64,000 nucleotides of DNA from Acidobacteriota bacterium (GTDB lineage Bacteria; Acidobacteriota; Blastocatellia; UBA7656): contig JBBPIH010000006.1 of assembly GCA_038040455.1 (NCBI GenBank), positions 47,176 to 111,175 of the forward strand. The letters are read 5' to 3'. The translations under genes were made by a program, and so were the position numbers. The stretch's first letter is position 1; every line of letters starts with the position of its first letter. The notes beneath the pieces are model-generated. The model did no database searches. It was not told the DNA's origin and saw nothing but the letters and a program-made list of their open reading frames with translations. Positions 45,563-55,118 of this stretch are shown here, in pieces.

Positions 45563-47977
45563 CTACTCGTAGCGCAGCGCGATCATTGGATCGACCTTCG
45601 TCGCTCGCCGCGCCGGAAGATAACAAGCCAGCAGCGCAACTCCGAACAGGAGCGTTGAAACGCCGACGAAGGTCAGCGGATCAGCACCGCTCACGTTGTA
45701 GAGTAGTGTCCCGAGAAACCGAGTCAGGCCCAGCGCAGCTACGAGTCCGCATGCTAACCCTACGGCAACCATCCTTAGACCCTCGCCGATTACCATGCTC
45801 AAGATCTGCGCGGGGTTCGCCCCGAGCGCGATTCGCACGCCGATTTCATGCGTGCGCTGCGCGGTCGTAAAGCTGAGCAACCCATAAACCCCGATGCCCG
45901 CCAGAGCTAACGCAAGCACGGCGAACGATCCGAGCAACAACAGATTGAAACGCCGCTGGCTGATCGAGCGATCGACCAGTTGCTCAATCGTCGCAATGCT
46001 CGAGAAGGTTTGGTTGCGGTTCACCTCGCGAATTTTTTCCTTCACGGCCGGCAAGAGACTGCCCGGATCATCCGCCGAGCGCACGACGTAAGTCATCCCG
46101 CCCGCCGGCAACTGCGCATATGGAACGAAGACTTCCGGACGTGGTTCGCTCTCAAAGCCATTAGGCCGGACATCGCCGGTCACACCCACGATCTCGGAAG
46201 TCAAAGTTCGACCGAGCGATTGAAAAGTGATCTTCTTACCTAACGGGTCTTCCACCGGCCAATGTCGCAGCGCCATCGCCTGGTTGATCAACACGACCGG
46301 GGCCGCGTCTTGTTTGTCGAACTGATTCAACGCGCGGCCGCGCAACAGCGGCACGCCGAGCGCGCGCAGATAGTCGGGCGTGATGTCGATCAGATAAGCC
46401 GTCGGGTCTTGTCCCGATGGAGAGGCGGGACGGCCTTCGACGCGGATTGTGACCGGCAGTGTCACTTGATTATCGTGAAAAGGCAGCGCCGAGGCGGCTC
46501 CAACGGACTGAACGCCGGCCAGCGATGTCAGCCGCTCGATCGTTTGCTCAACGAAAGCCACGCGCTGCTCCGGCGTGCGGTTTCTTCCGAGCTGCACTTC
46601 AAGCGTCAAAGCGCGGTCGGTAACAAAGCCCGGATCGACGCGCAGCAACGCAACGAAGCTGCGCACCAGCAACCCCGCGCCGGCCAACAGCACCAACGCT
46701 AACGCGACTTCTGAAACGACCAGGACATTCCGAAAGCGTCGAGGTCCGCGCCCGGCGGTGGCGCCCCGGCCCTCTTCCTTGAGCATTGACTGGAGATCTG
46801 TCCGCGAGCTTTCCAGCGCCGGCGCCAGTCCGAAGATCAGCGCGGTCAAAACTGAAACGCCAAACGCGAACAAGAGCACGGGGCCGTTGAGACTTACTTG
46901 ATTGAGGCGAGGCAAGTTGGCAGGACTGAATGCGGCGATCAAGTCGATCAGCCACCCCGATAGTAGAACGCCGCCCGCGCCGCCTAAGAGTGCGAGCACC
47001 ACACTCTCGGCCAGCAACTGACGCAACAGACGGCCTCGACTGGCGCCGAGCGCCGAGCGAATCGCAAACTCGCGTGCGCGTTCCGTCGAGCGCGCAAGCA
47101 GCAGATTGGCGACATTGGCGCACGCAATCAACAAGACAAAACTTACCGCACCGAACAGGATCAACAACGCCGGCCGCACCTGTCCTACCACCGATTCACG
47201 CAACGGCACCGCGGTCGCGCCGACGTTCCCATTGGTTTGAGGATACACCTGCGCGAGTTGCGCTCCGATTGCTTGCATCTCAGCTTGCGCTTGCGCAACC
47301 GTGCTCTCGGCTTTCAATCGCCCGACGACTCTGATGTAACTTCCGCCTCGAATCCGAGCGTCGTTCTCGCGCGGCGGACGCGGCGCCCAGACTTCACGCT
47401 CCGGCGGATACTGAAACTCTGGCGGCATGATCCCAACCACCATGTGAGGCTGGCCATTGAGCACAAGTTTCTGCCCCACCAAACCCGGATCGCCGCCGAA
47501 GCGCCGCTGCCACAGCCCATAACCGAGCACGACAACCTGGGCCTGACCGGGCTGATATTCTTCGGGCAGGAACGTGCGGCCATACAATGCGGGCACGCCC
47601 AGAATGTCGAAGAACCCCGCGCTCACGACCCACGAGCGAAACGCTTCCGGCTCACCGCGATCGATCAAGCTGTGGCCGAATGGTTCCGCGGCAGCGATGG
47701 CTTCACAAGCGTTCACTCGATCGCGCCAATCGAGGAAATTGGCTGGTGAGGTTTCTTCGCGTTCGACTCCGCTCTTCAGATTGGTCTGCCACAGCGTGAC
47801 TACGCGCGCCTCATCTCGGTAGGGCAACCGCCGCAACAGCACGCCGTTGACGACGCTAAAGATGGCAGTCGTCGCGCCAATGCCGAGCGCGAGTGTCAGC
47901 ACGGCAACCGCGGTGAACCCGGGTCTCTTCAGAAGCGCCCGAACGCTGAATCGCAAGTCTTGAAACAGAGTATCCAT
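45563..47977 (-). CDS. ADOP-family permease (804 aa)
   Basis: MDTLFQDLRFSVRALLKRPGFT...; C-terminal [15 protein letters not shown]. Confidence 0.9.
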   Translation of the reverse strand: MDTLFQDLRFSVRALLKRPGFTAVAVLTLALGIGATTAIFSVVNGVLLRRLPYRDEARVVTLWQTNLKSGVEREETSPANFLDWRDRVNACEAIAAAEPFGHSLIDRGEPEAFRSWVVSAGFFDILGVPALYGRTFLPEEYQPGQAQVVVLGYGLWQRRFGGDPGLVGQKLVLNGQPHMVVGIMPPEFQYPPEREVWAPRPPRENDARIRGGSYIRVVGRLKAESTVAQAQAEMQAIGAQLAQVYPQTNGNVGATAVPLRESVVGQVRPALLILFGAVSFVLLIACANVANLLLARSTERAREFAIRSALGASRGRLLRQLLAESVVLALLGGAGGVLLSGWLIDLIAAFSPANLPRLNQVSLNGPVLLFAFGVSVLTALIFGLAPALESSRTDLQSMLKEEGRGATAGRGPRRFRNVLVVSEVALALVLLAGAGLLVRSFVALLRVDPGFVTDRALTLEVQLGRNRTPEQRVAFVEQTIERLTSLAGVQSVGAASALPFHDNQVTLPVTIRVEGRPASPSGQDPTAYLIDITPDYLRALGVPLLRGRALNQFDKQDAAPVVLINQAMALRHWPVEDPLGKKITFQSLGRTLTSEIVGVTGDVRPNGFESEPRPEVFVPYAQLPAGGMTYVVRSADDPGSLLPAVKEKIREVNRNQTFSSIATIEQLVDRSISQRRFNLLLLGSFAVLALALAGIGVYGLLSFTTAQRTHEIGVRIALGANPAQILSMVIGEGLRMVAVGLACGLVAALGLTRFLGTLLYNVSGADPLTFVGVSTLLFGVALLACYLPARRATKVDPMIALRYE

Positions 47978-47998
47978 CGTTATTCCTCAGTCACTGAA

Positions 47999-48110
47999 AG
48001 ACTATGAACCTGTACCGGCGACCCGCCGTTTTGGCCGCCCCGCTTTACTTAAGCGAAGCACCGACTTGTACGGAGGGGCGCCCGCGGAGGGACGCCCGTA
48101 CAGGTCGAGC
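47999..48110. repeat. REP-like imperfect palindrome, family copy A (atgaacctgtaccggcgacccgcc ... ggcgcccgcggagggacgcccgtacaggtcgag)
   Basis: Read directly. Shares gatgaacctSTA...GGCG...CCCTCC ends with copies at 17421 and 57872. Confidence 0.6.
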
Positions 48111-48126
48111 GCGACCGTCGACTCAA

Positions 48127-48579
48127 TCAGTTCTTCTTAGGTGGCGGACTTTGCCATAGCACATTCACGATCATCCATTTGCCATCGTATTTGGCGAGAT
48201 GGAAGTAATCGGTTCCCCAGGCCGCCACCAGCTTTGCGGAAGCCGTCTGATCCTGCACGTCGAAGATGGTGATCTCTTTCGGCGCGTCCTTTGGAAGCTT
48301 GCCGCTCTTGTTCCAGGTCTTGGCGACTTCGACCAATTCGGCATAAGACATTTTGCCGGTCGTGTAGCCGTCTTTACCCTTCTGGTGCCAATAGCCGTGC
48401 TTCGACAGGCTCGAGTGGACGCTGCGTTCGATGCGAGCGGGCTCGACCTGATAGACGCCTTCCACGTAGTCGAGCACCGCTTGCCTTACCATCTCCCGTT
48501 CGTCATTTGATTGTGACAGTGCAGTAGAGAAGCCAATAACAAGCGTTATGGCCGCAGCTAACAGAACCAGCCTTTTCAT
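48127..48579 (-). CDS. secreted NTF2-like / SnoaL-like small protein (start taken at MKRLVLLAAAITLV; AGGAG 8 nt upstream)
   Basis: Signal peptide, then ~125 aa with an NTF2-like alpha+beta pattern (AVLDYVEGVYQ..., GKWMIVNVLWQ). Confidence 0.55.
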   Translation of the reverse strand: MKRLVLLAAAITLVIGFSTALSQSNDEREMVRQAVLDYVEGVYQVEPARIERSVHSSLSKHGYWHQKGKDGYTTGKMSYAELVEVAKTWNKSGKLPKDAPKEITIFDVQDQTASAKLVAAWGTDYFHLAKYDGKWMIVNVLWQSPPPKKN

Positions 48580-48653
48580 CTCGATCTCCTTCATTCGAAG
48601 TTTGCGCGCGGTGCAATTACATTGCACCATGCTTACCGCCAAAACAGGGCGCT

Positions 48654-51110
48654 TCACTCGTACCTGAGCGCGACCATCGGATCGACCCTCGCTGCCCGTC
48701 GCGCGGGCACAAAGCAAGCTAACAGACCGACCACGGTCAACCCGGTCCCGACCATCACAAACGTAAGCGGATCGGTTGCGCTCACTTCAAACAGCAGGCT
48801 CGCCATCACGCGAGTCAACAGCAATGCGCCGGTCAACCCTACAGCCAGGCCAACGACCGTCATCCTCAATCCCTCTCCTACGACCATCGCCAGCACGTTT
48901 CGAGTCGTGGCGCCAAGCGCCACCCGCACGCCGATCTCCTGGGTTCGCTGCGCGACCGAGTAAGCCATCACGCCGTAGATCCCAATCGCAGCCAGTAACA
49001 ACGCGATCACCGAAAATGCTCCCAGCAACAGGGAAAGGAAACGCGGTCTAACCAGCGAATCAGCGACTATGTCGCTCATCGTTTGCAGTTGAAAGATAGG
49101 CACGCTCGGATCCAGCTCGCTAACAACTGAGCGAATTCCCGACGCAACTGTCGCCGCCGAGGCGCCTTCCGTTCGCACTACGAAACTCATGCGTGTGCTG
49201 ACTCCGAAGGCGGCCGTCTGAGGCTGAAGGAAATAGAGTTCGGTCCCCCCAGGCTTGTCTACGCCCAGGTTCTTGGTGTCTTCGACTAAGCCGACTACGG
49301 TGAACCATACCGGCGGAGTTTGGAACCCGGGGTTCACGCGCCGTCCTATTGGGCTTCCTTGCCAGAATCGTCGCGCCATCGCTTGATTGATCACCATAAC
49401 CTTCTGGGCGTTGTCGTTGCGGTCGGAACTCTCGAATGTTCGGCCTTCGAGCGTGCGGATGCCCATCGTCTTGAAGTAGCCTTCGTTAACGGTATTCCAG
49501 TAGTCGACGTTTTCGGCCGGTCCGTCGGGCGTTCCCTGATAGTCCTCAATGTCGGTGTCGTTAGCGTTGATAGGACGCAGCGGCGGCAGTCCGGAGGCCA
49601 CAGAAGCAGACTTGACTCCGGGCAGCGCGGTCAATCGTTCCTCAAGTTGGCTCGCAAAACGCATTCGGTCCGGGGCTTGGTATTTTGACGCAGGCAATTG
49701 AAGACTGAACGCCGTAACCCCTCGCGGGTCGAAGCCGGCGTCGACCTGGCTGAGCTTCCAGAACGCTCGAATCATCAGACCCGATCCAACGACTGGGATC
49801 ACCGCAAGCGCGATCTCGGCGATAACCAGCGTCTTTCTAAGTCTGTGACTTCCCCCACCGCCGGATGTTCTTTGTCCTGAGCCACGCAGAGTTGTTGCCA
49901 GATCCCGATCGCGCATCTGCATGAGCGGCGCCATCGCAAAGACGATAATCGAAAGAATCGATACGCCGAGCGTGAAGGCCAGAACCGTCGGATCGATCCC
50001 GACCTCGGCGGTGCGCGGGATGCTGTCGGGCGCCGCGGCCATGACCAGTCCCAGCCCTACTTTAGCGAGGACTATCCCAGCTATTACCCCGAGCACGACG
50101 AGGATCATGCCCTCCGCCAGAAACTGTCTGAGCAATCTGTTTCGGCCGGCGCCCAACGCCAAGCGTATCGAGAATTCGCGCCGTCTTGCTTCGGCGCGCG
50201 CCAACAAAAGGTTGGCGACGTTAACGCAAGCGATAAGCAGCACAAACGCAACTGCGCCCAGCAGCATGAGGACCGCCGGGCGCGCCGCGCCCACGACGTC
50301 TTCGTGCAGCGGCACCATCAATATTGGGTGCCCATCGGGACCGGGCAGGTGTTGAGCCCGATTCGCACTCTTCCAACCGGCCATCAGCGAATCGATCTCC
50401 GATCGCGCCTGCTCTACCTTGACGTTGGGTTTGAGCCTGCCAACGACATAGAGGAAGTGTCCACCGCGGTTGCCGGGATTTGCCGGATCGAGCTGAAGAG
50501 GCAACCACACCTCGGCTGGATCGTTGCTGCCGGGAGGAAAAACGAAACCGGGCGGCATCACGCCGACAACGGTGGTTGGCTGCGAGTTTATCTGAATCTG
50601 TTTTCCGACGATGTCGGCTTCTTTGCCGAAAGCGCGGCGCCATAGTCCATCGGAGATCAGCGCGGATTGAGGTCCGCCGTTGCGATCTTCTTCGGGTGTG
50701 AAGTTGCGGCCGATGGCTGGTTGCACAGCGAGCGTGTCGATCAATCCGCGAGTGACGATCGCGGCGGTGACTCTAACCGGCTCGTCGGTGCTGGTAGCGA
50801 CGTTCCTGCCGGTGGTAGTCCACGCGCCGATGCTCTCCCAGGAGTCGGCCTCGTTTTGAATGTCGAGATACTCGGGCGCGGACATCCAGAACTTCTTCAG
50901 GTTCATGGTTGGGAACTCGGTATAGACTCGCACGAGCTTGCCGGGCTCACGGTAAGGCAACGGCCGCAGCAGCACGGCGTTCACCACGCTAAAGATCGCG
51001 GTGTTCGCGCCAATGCCGAGAGCCAGAGTGACGACAGCGACCGCGGCGAACCCGGGTTTGTGCAACAGCATTCGCAGTCCGTATCGCAAGTCTTGCAGTA
51101 AAGTTTGCAT
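48654..51110 (-). CDS. ADOP-family permease (start taken at [26 protein letters not shown]; GGAGG 6 nt upstream; the ORF track extends to 51173)
   Basis: Conserved N-terminus. C-terminal [15 protein letters not shown]. Confidence 0.9.
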   Translation of the reverse strand: MQTLLQDLRYGLRMLLHKPGFAAVAVVTLALGIGANTAIFSVVNAVLLRPLPYREPGKLVRVYTEFPTMNLKKFWMSAPEYLDIQNEADSWESIGAWTTTGRNVATSTDEPVRVTAAIVTRGLIDTLAVQPAIGRNFTPEEDRNGGPQSALISDGLWRRAFGKEADIVGKQIQINSQPTTVVGVMPPGFVFPPGSNDPAEVWLPLQLDPANPGNRGGHFLYVVGRLKPNVKVEQARSEIDSLMAGWKSANRAQHLPGPDGHPILMVPLHEDVVGAARPAVLMLLGAVAFVLLIACVNVANLLLARAEARRREFSIRLALGAGRNRLLRQFLAEGMILVVLGVIAGIVLAKVGLGLVMAAAPDSIPRTAEVGIDPTVLAFTLGVSILSIIVFAMAPLMQMRDRDLATTLRGSGQRTSGGGGSHRLRKTLVIAEIALAVIPVVGSGLMIRAFWKLSQVDAGFDPRGVTAFSLQLPASKYQAPDRMRFASQLEERLTALPGVKSASVASGLPPLRPINANDTDIEDYQGTPDGPAENVDYWNTVNEGYFKTMGIRTLEGRTFESSDRNDNAQKVMVINQAMARRFWQGSPIGRRVNPGFQTPPVWFTVVGLVEDTKNLGVDKPGGTELYFLQPQTAAFGVSTRMSFVVRTEGASAATVASGIRSVVSELDPSVPIFQLQTMSDIVADSLVRPRFLSLLLGAFSVIALLLAAIGIYGVMAYSVAQRTQEIGVRVALGATTRNVLAMVVGEGLRMTVVGLAVGLTGALLLTRVMASLLFEVSATDPLTFVMVGTGLTVVGLLACFVPARRAARVDPMVALRYE

Positions 51111-51513
51111 CGGTCCTCCCGAAGGTCTGAGCACCAAATCCCCATGAACGTTGCGCGCTACAGGTGGGCACACGAGCGCAATTCTGCCTGATTACCTGAG
51201 GGGAGAGTAACCAACTAGCGTGCCAGCGGAGTGATCTCAGATTTGAGCGCCGATTACGAGCGTTGATCCCGACAGGCCATTTCGGGAGCGTTGTTAAGTT
51301 CAGGTTTAATTGAGCTTGAGAGGTTTGCGTTGGAGACTGGCTTCGCTCACCGTGCCTTGGTGCGTGATTCTGCAATACATAATCTGAAATCTGAAATTCG
51401 CCTGGTGTCCGTCTACAGGAATGGCTTTCCCAGAATCGCCCATAGTGGCACACAGAGCGGATGCAGTCCGCTCGCCCCGCAGGTTCAACCCGAGGGGCAA
51501 GCGGATCGTCGAG

Positions 51514-53031
51514 TTAACTACTCACAGCGGTCTGAACGTCCAGTGACTTTCGAAGTTCAGATGTCAGACTCTCGGAAACGGTTCCTGAGCTTGAGACTCG
51601 AGAATGAAAAGTACACGTCTGACCACAGTCGAACTTTATCCTAACTAGTTTTGCAATGTACCCAGACTTTCGAGGTAGCTGCTTTACTTCTTTGTTTTGC
51701 ACTACGCCGCGCCCAAGCGCAGGATGGATCACCGGCGATCCTGAATCCAGTGCCTCCCAGAATAGCTCGTGCAGGCCGATCTCCCAAGCATACAAGCTCA
51801 TTAGCGCGCCCTGGCGAGTCATATTGGAGCTGGATGAGAACGCATCTGCAGTGTCACCGAGGAGAGTTAGTCTCAGCGCCATCGCAGTTCTGGTGAAGTA
51901 ATCCCTATCTTGAAGTTTAGCAAGCCAGTTGCCGGGAACGGCACTCATACCCATATACGCCCCAAACAGCCCGCCTATGAAATACCCGATAGTGTCCGTG
52001 TCACTTCCTATTGTGTTCACTGCCTCAATCACCGCCGTCTCCGGTTCGTCGAGGTATTTGAGAAACATATAAACTGCCGTCAAAACCGTAGCCAGCCCAG
52101 ATCCTTTTGTTCTCCGATCGAGCGCACCAACTCGACGGTAGTAATCCTTATGGTCGATTTCTAGGTGAGAGGAGATTTGGTCGAGATACTCCACAGCTTC
52201 TTCGTTTGTTTCCTTGATTGAATCCTTCAGGGTCTTCCCCGAGGAGGAACGCCGATCCCAGTCGGCACGCCAAACTGACGCCACTTCCCAGCCAGCAAGG
52301 CTGTTCGTCCATCCATGCACGATGTCTTTCAAGTAATCCGTGACTTCACCTGCAGAAACATGCCGTTTGGTAAGAAGAAACCGCAGTAAGCACCCGTAGA
52401 GGATAGACCCGAGTATGGCCCTCGGGTGACCATGCGTCACGATTGCGTTTGCAAAACAGTCCCTTATCAGCTTCTCATTATTGTTGATGTTAACAATCGC
52501 CAAAGGCAGGACACGCATGGCCGCGCCGTTGGCTCCAGCCTCTTCATAAAGAAGTGCTGGGCCTTCACGCGGACATATCCGATAGAAATTGGTACGCCAA
52601 TCTATACCTTTCTTAGAGATAATATGGCGCGCGGCAGCTTTGATTGAGCGTCCGCCCCCCTTCTCGTAAAGGATCCACGAGGGGAGTTCTAAATAGGCAA
52701 ACTTCTCCACGTCAAAACATCCAGCATCGTCAATACAGCGAGCCACCGAGAGCGTTAGCTGCGTGTCATCGGAGTATTCTCCCTCGCCAATCTGCTCCTC
52801 ATAGCCCCAGAACCGACCCCCAACAAACTTCTTCCAAGGGACAAAATCAGTTACCCAGTTCTTACCGAATCTGTCCCTCACAGATGCTGGATAGCGACCA
52901 AACTCAGTAGGCCAACCCAACGCGTCACCGATTGCGCTAAACGCTAGCGCTCCTTCGATGCGCTCAACAGAGGGAATGCCGTTGTAGCTATCTGCACCGA
53001 TATGAGACTGCAAATTCAATTCAGTTTTCAT
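51514..53031 (-). CDS. ADP-ribosylglycohydrolase (ARH / DraG-like) with a ~95-aa C-terminal extension; putative antitoxin or immunity partner of the upstream DarT-like gene (start at MKTELNLQ; the ORF track extends to 53469)
   Basis: ARH motifs in order: GALAFSAIGDALGWPTEF, YSDDTQLTL, GANGAAMRVLPLA, THGHPRAI, GSDTDTIGYFIGGLFGAYMG. It begins 17 nt after the stop of the DarT-like CDS, with a GGTGG/GAGG RBS in the gap. Confidence 0.85.
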   Translation of the reverse strand: MKTELNLQSHIGADSYNGIPSVERIEGALAFSAIGDALGWPTEFGRYPASVRDRFGKNWVTDFVPWKKFVGGRFWGYEEQIGEGEYSDDTQLTLSVARCIDDAGCFDVEKFAYLELPSWILYEKGGGRSIKAAARHIISKKGIDWRTNFYRICPREGPALLYEEAGANGAAMRVLPLAIVNINNNEKLIRDCFANAIVTHGHPRAILGSILYGCLLRFLLTKRHVSAGEVTDYLKDIVHGWTNSLAGWEVASVWRADWDRRSSSGKTLKDSIKETNEEAVEYLDQISSHLEIDHKDYYRRVGALDRRTKGSGLATVLTAVYMFLKYLDEPETAVIEAVNTIGSDTDTIGYFIGGLFGAYMGMSAVPGNWLAKLQDRDYFTRTAMALRLTLLGDTADAFSSSSNMTRQGALMSLYAWEIGLHELFWEALDSGSPVIHPALGRGVVQNKEVKQLPRKSGYIAKLVRIKFDCGQTCTFHSRVSSSGTVSESLTSELRKSLDVQTAVSS

Positions 53032-53048
53032 TTTTGAACCACCTCTCA

Positions 53049-54068
53049 CTATTCGATGCTGAACGGGGCAATGAATTGCCGTATGTCTTCTACCTGGCGC
53101 ATGTCGTTGATATAACAGCCCACCTGGTACTCGCCGGATGCGAGTTGCCTGGCATCTAACGCTACCCAGGCGCGGCCATTGTCTGTGGTGCTGGCTATCT
53201 CGAGCACCCTCTCTCCTAAGACTGCGCCATTCGCCGTCTTCCAAGCAAACCGCATTCGAACGCCAGTTTGCACAGCAGCCGTTACCACCACTGTGACGGT
53301 GGATATGACGCCTCGTCGAAAGACCCTCTCGTCCCTGAGCACATTCGCGCGAATACTGCTTCGACTCACGGGTGCTCCAGTAAGGAGATGCTCTTTGATG
53401 TATGAGTATCGACCGGGGAAAAAGGCTTGGCTGTTCACGGCGAATGGCGGATGGGATTTGCCCGCGCACAATCTAGTCGCTTCCTCTAAGCTCGAGCGGC
53501 TTCGGAACAGAACGCCCTCGATATCCGCTCCGGGAACGAAATGAGGTACGAGCACCTCGGCTTGCTTTCGCTTTTTTCGCTCTTGGTTTGTGTAGGCAAA
53601 CGGATCTTGCACAGCACCAAAGTCCACCAGCTGTAAACCCTCTAGGCTCCTATCGCGTCGCTCGTTGTTGTCCGTGGCATTTCGATCCGTGAAAACGACG
53701 CCTTCCCGCAGCGCCACACCCAAGTTTACGATCAGGTAGCATAAGTGTTGTTCGGCTTCCTTCCACCATGCCATTGGATGTTTGAGGCACCAACTGAGCG
53801 ACACCTTATCCCAGTTGTCATGCGCGACGTCCAAGTCCTTTGAGAGTTGGTTGCCCCCGGTTTTAACTCTTTCGATCCAACCCTTTCGCTCAAGCCACTC
53901 TTTGCTTCGTAGGCCTTTCGCTTCGAGTATCAAAGGAAGATTATCGATATCGGTAAAGTGATATAAACATCCAATGCGTTGTCGACGCAGTATCAGCTCC
54001 ATCCTCGCGGCTTGATGATCAATACTCATGAATCTGCGACAAGATATCACAACTAGTCGCGCCAACAA
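53049..54068 (-). CDS. DarT-like (DUF4433) ADP-ribosyltransferase with a ~120-aa C-terminal beta-rich extension; putative toxin (likely start at Met 54029 or 54002)
   Basis: N-terminal LYHFTDIDNLPLILEAKGL matches the DarT hallmark (I/L)YH(I/F)TH(I/R)DNLxxIL. VVFTDRNATD matches the FVFTDSHA box. KQAEVLVPHFVP matches the catalytic-Glu box (QAExLV) at about residue 170, where DarT places it. Confidence 0.7.
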   Translation of the reverse strand: MLARLVVISCRRFMSIDHQAARMELILRRQRIGCLYHFTDIDNLPLILEAKGLRSKEWLERKGWIERVKTGGNQLSKDLDVAHDNWDKVSLSWCLKHPMAWWKEAEQHLCYLIVNLGVALREGVVFTDRNATDNNERRDRSLEGLQLVDFGAVQDPFAYTNQERKKRKQAEVLVPHFVPGADIEGVLFRSRSSLEEATRLCAGKSHPPFAVNSQAFFPGRYSYIKEHLLTGAPVSRSSIRANVLRDERVFRRGVISTVTVVVTAAVQTGVRMRFAWKTANGAVLGERVLEIASTTDNGRAWVALDARQLASGEYQVGCYINDMRQVEDIRQFIAPFSIE

Positions 54069-54251
54069 GAACGGTCACGAAGTTACGGGCACCCCTCGCA
54101 CTCGAGGCTGGCGTGCACAAGTGCAATGCTAGCAGGACGGCCCTCTAGGTTTCCAAGACAGAATTGCCCAAAACTGAAAATCGGATCCAGGGACAGACGG
54201 ATAGGCAACCCATATTGGACTTGAGCGAAGTTTCGGTCTCTTGGGTCCTGC

Positions 54252-54381
54252 TATTGGAGCCGCAATGCTATAATGCGCGTGAGATCCTGGGCTCGCACAA
54301 AGGAGCCACATGAGCACAACGCTTAATCCTGAGATTGCGGCCCTCCGGGAAAAGGTTGAAGGGTACGGCAAGGAACTCGCC
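54252..54381. repeat. direct repeat copy 1 (~128 bp; promoter + RBS + first 24 codons of the small gene)
   Basis: About 88% identical to 56641-56768 by reading. Confidence 0.7.
54265..54273 (+). promoter_or_regulatory. extended -10 promoter element TGcTATAAT for the small gene at 54310
   Basis: Perfect TATAAT at 54268-54273 with an upstream TG. AAGGAG RBS 6 nt before the ATG. The same arrangement (TGcTATGAT) recurs at 56654-56662. Confidence 0.45.
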
Positions 54382-54624
54382 GAAATGCGTGGTACTGTCA
54401 ATCAACTCAATAAAATCGTTAGCGCCTCCGTTCGTCAGTCCATCTGGCAACTGATTGCGCTGATCGTTAGTCTCTGCTTGACGATCTCTGGCGGATTGGC
54501 TTACCAGGCCAGCGTGATTGACAAGCGATTCGAGCAGATCGAAAAACGCATCGAGCAATCCGAGAAGAACATCACCGCACGTTTTGAAGACCTCAAACAG
54601 GAAGTCCGTGCTCAGCGCAAATGA
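54310..54624 (+). CDS. small membrane protein with coiled-coil segments (104 aa)
   Basis: MSTTLNPEIAALREKVEGYGKELAEMRGTVNQLNK, a TM helix (IWQLIALIVSLCLTISGGLAY), then a C-terminal coiled coil. Strong promoter and RBS. Divergent from the DarT-like gene. Confidence 0.55.
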   Translation: MSTTLNPEIAALREKVEGYGKELAEMRGTVNQLNKIVSASVRQSIWQLIALIVSLCLTISGGLAYQASVIDKRFEQIEKRIEQSEKNITARFEDLKQEVRAQRK

Positions 54625-54660
54625 TCCGGGGAAGTTTACAAGCTCAGCTACAGCGCTTTA

Positions 54661-54966
54661 CTAGCTCAACATCCGAGAGAACGAAGGGTCGTTCGTATCT
54701 GAGCAAAACGATGATGCGGCCAGTGCGCGCCTCTCAATCTTGGTGGTGAGCGCCTCGGTGGCGAGATTGATTGCCTCTCCGATTGCATCCCGGCTGATGC
54801 TGTTCCGATAAGCTGCGACAATCCAGTTCCAGTCTTTGCCTTGACCTGCGTAGTAGAGGACGTCTTTGACGAGGACGCGCGTGCCCTTAAACGTCAAATC
54901 TCCTCCGCAGATCTCTGGATCGGAAACTATGTACTCGCCGAACTCTTTCCGTCTCCTGGCAGCCAT
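54661..54966 (-). CDS. DUF433 domain protein (putative antitoxin-like); no PIN or DUF5615 partner adjacent
   Basis: EYIVSDPEICGGDLTFKGTRVLVKDVLYYAGQGKDWNWIVAAYRNSISRDAIGEAINLA matches the DUF433 core (ICGGKPxIKGTRIPVxxIL...). Confidence 0.6.
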   Translation of the reverse strand: MAARRRKEFGEYIVSDPEICGGDLTFKGTRVLVKDVLYYAGQGKDWNWIVAAYRNSISRDAIGEAINLATEALTTKIERRALAASSFCSDTNDPSFSRMLS

Positions 54967-55118
54967 GATGTTTCTCCCAACTCATTAAGGACATGATGAG
55001 TCTAACATCGGGCGACCGAGCCAAACAACGATTTAGATCGCTACAAAAATAGACGCGGTCTTCGCCTACAGGTATGGCACTCCCATAATCGCGCGGACCG
55101 GTTTGTTAGCGGCGGTCT

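Noticed and set aside
51514-53469. The 651-aa extent of the ARH ORF (first 146 codons)
   Set aside because: The N-terminal 146 residues are Arg/His-rich low-complexity antisense to the DarT-like gene's 3' end. A conserved Met with an RBS at 53031 starts exactly at the ARH domain.
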